A stretch of 64,000 nt of DNA from a virus (Duplodnaviria; Caudoviricetes): the IMG/VR virus record IMGVR_UViG_3300032216_001891, positions 1 to 64,000 of that record; one strand, given 5' to 3'. Position numbers and translations under genes: made by a program. Positions 59,501 through 64,000 of the stretch are shown piece by piece. Numbering within the stretch: the stretch's first letter is position 1; every line of letters starts with the position of its first letter. The notes below the pieces were generated by a model. That model saw nothing but the letters and a program-made list of their open reading frames with translations. It was not told the DNA's origin and searched no databases.

Positions 59501-60443
59501 AGTCTACTACGACTACAATGACCCTGCATATTTAGACACCAATATACAGAGTTTTTATAATGACTCAGCATTGGGTACTAGACCCGAGGACATCAATGTT
59601 GATGGTGGCAGATACTACGATACCTATAGTAGTCATGCTCCTGAAGAACTAGTACCGGGCATAACATTTGATAGTTTAAACATGGCAGTGTATACACAAA
59701 TTGGGGCAGCCAACGTTGGGTATCGTATAGTTCACAACATGAATACCAATGCTGCTAGTACAGATATTAGTTATTGGCCGCAGTACTATGCTATCCGCTC
59801 GGTGGAAACTTCTCCGGTGCTGACGGCAAACTTGAACTTAACCGACACCGATATATATGTAAGTAATGCAGGATTATTACAAACACCAGATGCCGCGTAT
59901 GCAGTACCGGGAGTAATTTACATAAACGGCGAAAAAATTGTATATTACACTGTTGATATTTACAACAATGTATTGGGACAGATACGTCGTGCAGTGGATG
60001 GTACCGGAGCACCTGCCGTGCATCCTGCGGGATCTCTAGTCAGTGATGCATCGGCACACTATCGGTTACCATCGTCTAGCACTGGCAGTGCCAACGTGCA
60101 TTTGAGCAGTTGGTTAAACTTGAGCACAAGTTCTTACCCGCAAGAATTTTTAACATTGTCCGCAAATGCCACTGTGTTTGCAGGAAATACTGTTACTCAA
60201 TTTGCAACCGGGGCGTCGGGTATAGTAGCAGCCAACAGTACTGGAACTACAATCGCACTATGGGCGGCCAATATCACTGGAACATTCTCTGCTAATATCT
60301 CAGCCAACACTTATGTTTATAGAAATGGCTCTAATTTAAGTGCTAAAACCACAGGCATTTCGTACACAGTGGTTGACGGATCTGGGTTGGCGGGTAGTAG
60401 TACGACTCAAGCGGAGTTTATCAAAAGCCATCAAACCCAATAA
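47550..60443 (+). CDS. Giant baseplate wedge/adhesin protein (gp7-like position), ~4300 aa
   Basis: Follows gp6. Has DFDKFVNFNQYYW, EVKPYRTSIREY, FG-GAP-like repeats and CBM-like W..G..Y..G..V.Y motifs. ATG 47550 preferred over TTG 47538. Confidence 0.75.
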   Translation: MASIKTANFLPEVFRTDNNRKFLGATLDQLVTPPDLRKVNAYVGRKFAPTYQNSNNYQPESSGLRQNYQLEPSVVVKNKTGTVDFFSSYIDLINQIAYSGGITDDHSRLFATETYSFDGLFDFDKFVNFNQYYWLTNGPATVDVFGAGVDQTQTFTVTRDAGTGSYHFSGSGTAKNPALRLARGGTYKFVVNQPGYPFWIQSSAGTSGLKNNQSNLSSRDILGIENNGTDVGTVTFRVPQATAQDYYVYMKYPNDDIVSGTVDASTELHYSQIQGATLSQLTALGGLDGVRSQLLGKTFIFINQDIDDLYWTAGGLTIPRATRRNVWQIQAVDPLAADPVINLISVTNVLKNQKIYVSSGQNYAEYSFYLDLQFLTYKQIPNITAPLDTIYYQDGASAGYVGQLNLVNINDNTLKVDDDIVGKSDYTSPNGVVFTNGLKIQFDASAVPATYANRTYYVEGVGTAIQLLPETDFVTPEPYAVNGIASPDYITINRASQDLNPWTRSNRWFHIDVIKAAAEYNNDVPVFDQNVRANRPIIEFEADLQLYNFGRVAKTPVDIFDLTTTDARNTVELSTTFQLNGVSLQNGQRVIFANDFDPTVRNQIFIISISEINQTPVVTLSPAEDSVISTFNNLIVLQGNNRGVEYWFDGSDWIVGQQKTGVNQTPMFDVYDNNGISIGDTDLYPLSTFATATNNLGTVVGGTKIFSYRTGTGVNDQILGFPLSYRTFNQVGDIQFNNDFDTDVFSYTLASTATTENIHSLGTLRKNSGLVNGTARNTWTKVVEPSRQYQIISGVYNGVNRYFEIDIRPEARNTIPYFKVFKNFTELTTAQFQVVSAGVKLYVKITDPDLVTDDKIDILIYSKTVSALGHYQVPDNLNFNTENANFASLTLGQLRNHLVTLVSNSNQVTGSAFGDNNLRDRPIKAQGGNILQNAGPVLYSELFLVDPEINFLKGLELARHNYGRIKNKILESAIKLKNINTDDIPGMLDAILLTINGVKNNSFPWYYSDMVPYGPLKNTITYKVIEAEQTDYEITNIFVDTKLSNQSVLVYVNNVQLTKGTDYVFDTTRAGITFKTALAVDDVITINEYSNTDGNYIPDTPTKLGLYPKFTPKIYLDETYVTPINVIQGHDGSVTPAFNDFRDQLLLEFELRIYNNIKIDTTLVSDNIYNTVPGKFRETDYSLAEFTRLLSKSFLQWVGANRVDFTSNTYFVGDDPFTWNFARFVDTVNGEALPGTWRAIYQYFYDTVAPNTAPWEMLGFSEEPEWWETRYGVAPYTGGNLVMWGDLEVGYVWNNGDSYTDTRFARPGLLSIIPVDENGNLRNPAQFLVKSFNSNQANGSYAVGQQGPVETAWRRSSDYPYAVQEAIALAKPGYFFGTLMDVTRYYKNTTLDQYTLSDSLQRITPGAIHINGESSGSGNYRVAGYINWIADYLRSQGIEPVSKITGYLDLVTVQLAYKMAGYSDKSFLQVLAEQASPTSTTNSVVIPAENYTLELYKSTPVKTVTYSAVIVEKSENGYTVSGYDTGNPYFTIIPSLANNNAYPITVLNDTGIVYQDYQKYKITVPYGFEFTNKQQVVDFLISYERYLVGSGFVFADKDPNLETQRDFKLSVQEFLAWSQQGWAVGTVMILSPVLNHLTVNNTQGVIDKIENAPLQSRILDPEFNFIKYNELTVSRTDNVFTLTAISGRTIALAVLDVVEYEHVLIFDNVTVFNDVIYAPKLGNRQYRLKLVGQKTGAWTGALNPPGFVYNSAAVDAWQPGVDYLLGSLVVYKNTYYTNTQNLTATTTFVPAQWKRLAKNQIQTGLLPNFSYNAGKSLRYNNFNDPELQGDFANFVGNEVGFTPRQYLTNFGIDTPTQAKFYQGFIRQKGTLNSVTAFTAAGFNGVSSTVNLYEDWAMRVGEFGALNNNRYVELILSEGVFTGEPAVFNFLNNGATTTDNIVAVYPDDIYRSSKGYSPAIFKDRDNSSFYENDLLTAGYVNVADVDAQIFNIQAYGQLNSQLANVAPGYKIWAARDNITTSWQVYRVNETNVLVNSVFYNVDYTVTVTTTRAHGSVRGDYVVIKGFDGRVDGFYQVSSVVDNYRFNIIIDVNSYPVLKSAGTITGLGVLYRLQSLRIKTATDLNAITPLNQWQDGDKLWVDQDQNTAGWVVYNKSTPWVTSNASVTSNPLSMQLDANSYISNSGFGTVSTINQTGTFAAASMPNLGKGNVIAFVSNISNGYNFTMVANLGAPVANSVSLFGASLDSAGNLLYVGNPGNGSTEYGRTHIHKFDATGTPTVNTTAVITALLQASVDIEPAKTLFKTTTVGGRPLGDINNSGTLSPLDALYYGQWDAGTNTDPGQISWITGTLNPYILANPTNYGAYLNYFFTLSQTLSSPFTGNIGDQFGYSVSASSDSAWLYVGAPGAGNVYVYHANANGYYSYANTITGNSYVTSGNAILARFGLVVNTTSEGDYTAVGAPGETVAGVSSAGAVYTFNRSQESFVATGNTAYYPQYPITASTLLVTVNGNVVTTGYTSNSSAVTFTAAPVVGTTITVDTNKIQLVKKLTETIPGSGNQFGTVVHIAGNDADVYASSPGYNEVGYHSGVVYRFANYGANYGTATGNVYDPVVTVGDNLYINGRLVTFGANATGSLVGNLQSIVANINSANIPGITATAQDYGLLTLTSNVAIPYKKLLITPGTGTALANIGLDVYTNVQSIKHPGAADVNSFGSQLTSSVDSTNLIISASRGQTNTAMTFDQMLTRFDAEATSFSDTQAGSGVVYIYGLVEGSLTSSTLDQYVLVQQLQNNAVSSNDQLGSGLSMNVDTILVGAPGDSNHLTTDSVSQALTSIPNAGTYYTYKNISGNVGWDIISSEQPRVDIDSITRMYIYNNVTDTLLTNFDHIDPVKGKLLGIAEQDLDYITAYDPAVYNAGGGPEAGPLGGASPDFHWGAAQVGKTWWDTSLVRYVDYEQGNLTYRANHWGEMFPGSTVQVCEWVESSVVPDQYTGSGVPLYTEFQSYVEENYVDTATKVVRTRYYFWVKDKTTVETNSTRRNSVKILQEIIANPTAQSVPYAAVLRNDAVALYNIGDYLTGAGNTVVFHADTDALTNTNIIHNEWQLVQEGNSNSLIPDRIVEKMIDSLAGVDRYGNTIPAVNLSPQTRIGLDFTQTVFVDRMLALKNFVEYVNNVMIQHPIVEQRNINNLYSAEAQPDITEYDLAIASRAELDYINTATLLSNYTVLVIADETQNELWTMHTWTGTAWSTVRTQSYYTPFYWSFADWYDSTYNSSDTIKYSANTYADLASLTPTVNDSARVANRGNGEFAVYRYNGTMWDLVGLENGTVQFDSTLYTSAVAGNEIRILFETVRDDIFVDTLIGNFNGLFFYLINYILTEQKSVDWIFKTSFVTVLHQLKKLEQFPAYIQDNQTYYENYINEVKPYRTSIREYLINYQGSDAFSGDITDFDIPATYIANINAYRSPDGSLPSDSYSLTTLPQYSQWNNNHSYSINAVTVSNSGANYYTTPTITVIGGGGTGATVEAVLDVVSNTIARFDVVNAGSGYTSTPTIQINGSGINAAGYPKLVSEQYITSVPLQTITLVGNAVVYVGNIITQPLTGASGVAYTASTGNIITLKDVVGTFVSNQWLFSDSSNLSIRPGVATVSMKLTGNLSAYTGNIITQPASGARAEVYSDSSGKVVSLWNYSGTFIGNAYLYRNGSNLNVRPAYYTVSSVPLAVPYTTFVDQSYNKVRTFTTHVKFDRTSYSSNISAWKPNITVTANSRVSYQGSAYQANSTVYSSATLKLTANVSANVGDYITQSNNSTANARIISIASNSLITVANLSGNFIRRTGNIVINGVTSIAAPISVTNIFDYGKYSLLATANLTNASDRITAAYQPGSGMPSLDLAQLMSGIEYPGVQVQGVKFGATTSNISSNVLYYYSSTSTLYSSNLALIDFTMYGLQPKLPVSVVNNDTGFRSNVTILNITPGSIFLVGSMPDITLGSNVSIVYYDYNDPAYLDTNIQSFYNDSALGTRPEDINVDGGRYYDTYSSHAPEELVPGITFDSLNMAVYTQIGAANVGYRIVHNMNTNAASTDISYWPQYYAIRSVETSPVLTANLNLTDTDIYVSNAGLLQTPDAAYAVPGVIYINGEKIVYYTVDIYNNVLGQIRRAVDGTGAPAVHPAGSLVSDASAHYRLPSSSTGSANVHLSSWLNLSTSSYPQEFLTLSANATVFAGNTVTQFATGASGIVAANSTGTTIALWAANITGTFSANISANTYVYRNGSNLSAKTTGISYTVVDGSGLAGSSTTQAEFIKSHQTQ

Positions 60444-60477
60444 ATATAAGAATACAGTTTTGTGGTGACAAAAAGCA

Positions 60478-60484
60478 ATAAATA
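60478..60484 (+). promoter_or_regulatory. Late promoter box (ATAAATA)
   Basis: Upstream of ATG 60507; supports that start over GTG 60462. Confidence 0.5.
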
Positions 60485-60506
60485 TATAGATATAATTAGG
60501 TACACT

Positions 60507-61199
60507 ATGACAGACACAACTCAACACTCCCAAACCCCAAAACCCGAGCCTAGACCAGATGATGTGGGCGGAATATATGTTCGCGGACATATTAAAATTT
60601 TTGATCCAACGACTCAAGAAGTTTTAGTAGATAAATCAAACGCTATACACTACGAAAACATCAGTCAAGCCATTGCCTACTGTTTGGCCAATAAAAATGG
60701 CACAAACGGTAATTTCATCTATGAAATGCGATTTGGCAACGGTGGATCCAGTATTGATCCAACCGGGGTCATTACATACTTGCCGCCCAATACCACTACA
60801 CAAAACAGTAACCTGTACAATCCCACTTACAGTAAAATTGTTGATGACACAACCAGTGCAAACCTAGACCCCACAAGAAATTACATACAAATTCGTCATG
60901 TTCCCGGCACAGTTTACACAGATATATTGGTGAGTTGCTTGCTAGACTACGGTGAACCAGCGGGGCAAAGTGCATTTGACAACAGTCAAACACTAGCAGA
61001 TACATACACATTTGATGAATTGGGACTGGTGGGACGGGATCCCACTGGCACAGTTGATGTATCGGGCAGTGGAACATTCACCTCCGACGCCGGACCCCTG
61101 TTGACTCATGTGATCTTTCATCCTGTACAAAAAGCACTGAATAGATTGATTCAAGTTGACTATACAGTGAGAATACAAACCTTGACAAATTTAAGCTAG
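60507..61199 (+). CDS. Putative baseplate/fibre-attachment protein
   Basis: GHIKIFDP, FGNGG, FDELGL and LLTHVIFHPVQK...VDYTVRI. Confidence 0.65.
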   Translation: MTDTTQHSQTPKPEPRPDDVGGIYVRGHIKIFDPTTQEVLVDKSNAIHYENISQAIAYCLANKNGTNGNFIYEMRFGNGGSSIDPTGVITYLPPNTTTQNSNLYNPTYSKIVDDTTSANLDPTRNYIQIRHVPGTVYTDILVSCLLDYGEPAGQSAFDNSQTLADTYTFDELGLVGRDPTGTVDVSGSGTFTSDAGPLLTHVIFHPVQKALNRLIQVDYTVRIQTLTNLS

Positions 61200-61207
61200 G
61201 ATAAACA

Positions 61208-63199
61208 ATGAGCTATACTATTACCCAAACTGATGGAACAATAATATTACAGTTGCCCGATGGCACTGCTGATGGGCCAGACGTTAATCCTGGGTTGAAC
61301 AGAACTGACATCAACTTAATTGGCAAAAATTACGCCACCTATGGGTTGATACAAAATGAAAATTTTATAAAATTATTACAAAATTTTTCCTATGATACTC
61401 CGCCGTTGAATCCGTTAATTGGACAACTGTGGTATGATACATCTGATAGTTTTTTAAAAGTATATTCGGGTAGCGTATGGTCGGCAGTGAGTCCATTGAC
61501 AGTGGGCGACACCGCACCGTCGCCCGCAGTCACGGGTGCAGAATGGTGGGACACTGTAAATTATCAACTTAAAATGTTCAATGGCAGCAACTGGACCACC
61601 ATTGGTCCAGGTTATAGTTATTTAGATGGTATTTCTGGTGCCATAGTTGAATCTATATTAGACACTCTCAGTGCAACTCACGTTGTAATTAAAATGTACA
61701 TCAAAGGTGTAGTAACCAGTATCATCAGCAATGATGCGGCATTTACTCCGGCAGTGGCCTTGACCGGGTTCTCCACAATACAAACTGGTATCAACATGAG
61801 CACTGCTTGTTCGGGTATCTTTATTGGAACAGCAACCAACAGTCAAAATTTAGGCAACATTGCTCCTGCCAACTATGCAAGAAATGACATCACTTCGGTG
61901 TTTGCAGCAAACCTATACATTGGGGGCGGCAATCTTACATTTAAGTCAGCCACCAGTGGTGCCGCCTCCATCAGCAACCCGGTATTGAACGCCAATGTCA
62001 CTGTATACAACAATGTTGGCGGCGTAACGACACCAACATTAAATATCAATGGGGCAAATGGGTTGATAACAGTGGTGGGTGATCCTGTTTCTGCCAAAGG
62101 CGTCGCAACAAAGAACTATGTTGACAACAATATAGCCACAGCAGTGGCTCCACTGGCACCGTTGGATAGCCCGGTGTTGACGGGAACTCCAACTGCAACT
62201 ACAACTTTGATCACCGACAATAGCACTAGAATAGCAACCACAGCATTTACTCAGGCTACTATTGCAGATAGTTTACTTATTCTTTCACAATACGCAAGAA
62301 ACGACGTCAATTCCTCTTTTGCAGCCAATATCAACATTGGTGGAGGTAGATTGGTATTTAACTCGGCTGTTGGTAGTGCTTCCATCAGCAACACAGTATT
62401 GAACGCCAATGTTATTATATACAGCAATGTTGGTGGGACTAGTACACCAACACTAACTATTAATGGATCAACTGGATTAATCACAGTAGTGGGTGACCCC
62501 ACTACTAATTTTGGAGTAGCAACAAAAAAATATGTTGACGACAGCATAGGCACAGCAGTGGCTCCACTGGCACCGTTGGATAGCCCGGTGTTGACGGGAA
62601 CTCCAACTGCAACTACACCCGCAACTGTCAATGACAGCACTAGAATAGCAACCACAGCATTTACAAAAGCTGCCATTACAGACAGTTTAACCATTCTTTC
62701 CCAATACGCAAGAAACGACATTGATTCCTCTTTTGCAGCTAATATCAACATTGGTGGAGGTAAATTGACATTTAAATCAACTCCGAGCGGGATCGCTTCT
62801 ATTAATAATACTGTATTGAATGCCGGAGTTACTGTGTACAACAATGTTGGTGGGACTAGTACACCAACACTAACCATCAACGGATCAACCGGATTAATCA
62901 CAGTAGTGGGCAACCCCACCACTGAGTATGGAGTCGCAACAAAGAAATATGTTGACGATGGCATAAACAACGCAGTATCTCCATTAGCTCCAAAACTAGA
63001 TCCCTCGTTGACAGGAATTCCACTATCGACTACACCCGCAACTTCTGACGACAGCACTAGAATAGCAACCACAGCGTTTACAAAAGCTGCCATTGCTGCC
63101 AGTACACTGTCGCTATGGCAAGGCAGTCACCAATTTGTCAGCACTGTTACTCCCACAGCGTTAGATGGTGCAGTGGGAGATTTTTGGTTCCAAATCTAA
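61208..63199 (+). CDS. Tail fibre protein with three ~138-aa tandem repeats
   Basis: LIGKNY..YG...NENF..LL N-terminus, GQLWYD, ATKKYVD and SPVLTGTPTA...STRIATTAF fibre motifs. Confidence 0.8.
   Translation: MSYTITQTDGTIILQLPDGTADGPDVNPGLNRTDINLIGKNYATYGLIQNENFIKLLQNFSYDTPPLNPLIGQLWYDTSDSFLKVYSGSVWSAVSPLTVGDTAPSPAVTGAEWWDTVNYQLKMFNGSNWTTIGPGYSYLDGISGAIVESILDTLSATHVVIKMYIKGVVTSIISNDAAFTPAVALTGFSTIQTGINMSTACSGIFIGTATNSQNLGNIAPANYARNDITSVFAANLYIGGGNLTFKSATSGAASISNPVLNANVTVYNNVGGVTTPTLNINGANGLITVVGDPVSAKGVATKNYVDNNIATAVAPLAPLDSPVLTGTPTATTTLITDNSTRIATTAFTQATIADSLLILSQYARNDVNSSFAANINIGGGRLVFNSAVGSASISNTVLNANVIIYSNVGGTSTPTLTINGSTGLITVVGDPTTNFGVATKKYVDDSIGTAVAPLAPLDSPVLTGTPTATTPATVNDSTRIATTAFTKAAITDSLTILSQYARNDIDSSFAANINIGGGKLTFKSTPSGIASINNTVLNAGVTVYNNVGGTSTPTLTINGSTGLITVVGNPTTEYGVATKKYVDDGINNAVSPLAPKLDPSLTGIPLSTTPATSDDSTRIATTAFTKAAIAASTLSLWQGSHQFVSTVTPTALDGAVGDFWFQI
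61874..63095 (+). repeat. Three tandem ~415-bp intragenic repeats
   Basis: YARND codons at ~61874, 62291 and 62705. An identical >60-nt block occurs at 62137 and 62551. Confidence 0.9.
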
Positions 63200-63202
63200 C
63201 CT

Positions 63203-64000
63203 ATGACCTATTTACCATACGGACTAACTAGAATCAAACAAGGTTCCACATGGAAGCCCTTAAGAAGCCTTTGGTATAAAAACTCTGCGGGCACCTGGAC
63301 GCCAGTAAAAACAGCATGGACCAAAAGATCTGATGGAGTATGGGAAAGAATTTATCCTACACCCGCCGGTGTCAACACTGTGACCACTGCTCCTATTGCA
63401 GTAGAAGTATACCAAAATTGGTATCCGGCTGTAAAATTTATAGATTTTGTCAATACCGGCGATAGAGCGTTGACCATTGCCAATGTTGTTGCTTACGACG
63501 GTGCAAAAACCAGCACCACGTTGACCCTATCGGGCATGAACGGTGGTGTACCTTATACCATGGGCGTTGGTGGCACCGGATATCTCGAGGCTAAAATTTA
63601 TGGTACTGTGCTGGGAACCAGCACAGGTAATATCACCTTTGTCAACGATGTTGGGTATTTTGGTTCTGATGGTAATGTTGCTTACTGGCCCGGCAATCGA
63701 ACTGTGATTCCCATTACCACCACAGTATTGCCCGGTTATAGCGATATCACTACTAATCCCGGTGCTGGTAAAGAGTACATCTACTACCAAGGTAAGTCTT
63801 ACTCGGGTCTATGGAACATTGAACTCACCAACATCGGTCAAGGTGCCAATCTTGTAGTGTCCAGCGTCACATCTGGCGGCTACATAGGAGTTGATAATTT
63901 TGCTGGTACTATTGGCTTTAATCCCAACAGTGTCAGCGTGCCTATTACCCTTGCCAATTTAAAAGCTGGTACATACCAAGATCAAATTGTTGTCAATAGC
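63203..64000 (+). CDS. Fibre-tip/adhesin-like protein with Ig-like domains (partial)
   Basis: Not in the ORF track. MTYLPYGLTRIKQGSTWK..WYKNSAGTWTPVK..W..RSDGVWERIYP (Trp-rich fibre-docking-type N-terminus), then NTGDRALTI and TNIGQGANLVVS. Open to the window end. Confidence 0.75.
   Translation, partial: MTYLPYGLTRIKQGSTWKPLRSLWYKNSAGTWTPVKTAWTKRSDGVWERIYPTPAGVNTVTTAPIAVEVYQNWYPAVKFIDFVNTGDRALTIANVVAYDGAKTSTTLTLSGMNGGVPYTMGVGGTGYLEAKIYGTVLGTSTGNITFVNDVGYFGSDGNVAYWPGNRTVIPITTTVLPGYSDITTNPGAGKEYIYYQGKSYSGLWNIELTNIGQGANLVVSSVTSGGYIGVDNFAGTIGFNPNSVSVPITLANLKAGTYQDQIVVNS

Noticed and set aside
62251-63093. 280-aa antisense ORF
   Set aside because: It mirrors the repetitive fibre gene on the + strand and is explained by codon bias.

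Overview
This 64-kb window is the virion-morphogenesis region of a large T4-related (non-Tevenvirinae-like) myovirus, probably a jumbo phage, using the standard genetic code. On the minus strand (1-26904) are Thr/Gly/Asn-rich fibre and adhesin genes, two with collagen-like QGTTGx repeats, followed by the head module (gp23, gp22, gp21, core protein, gp20) and the tape-measure gene. Next come a gp26/gp51-like pair (+ strand) and a ~480-nt ORF-free, highly structured interval. A minus-strand block follows, with an SGNH-like protein, GIY-YIG nuclease, radical SAM enzyme, SDR, gp46, gp47 and gp55. The plus strand (35261-end) carries the baseplate and fibre module: gp48/54-like, gp53-like, hub, a multi-enzyme gp5, gp25, gp6, a 4300-aa wedge protein and fibres. 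TAAATA late-promoter boxes precede most structural genes. The most notable signals are at the RNA level. (1) A large pseudoknotted ncRNA candidate lies downstream of the GIY-YIG nuclease. (2) A glutamine-II (Downstream-peptide)-like riboswitch fold precedes a late virion gene. (3) A textbook -1 frameshift cassette would fuse the gp26- and gp51-like ORFs. (4) The late sigma factor appears to start at AUU. All structures were folded by eye; no searches or folding programs were run.
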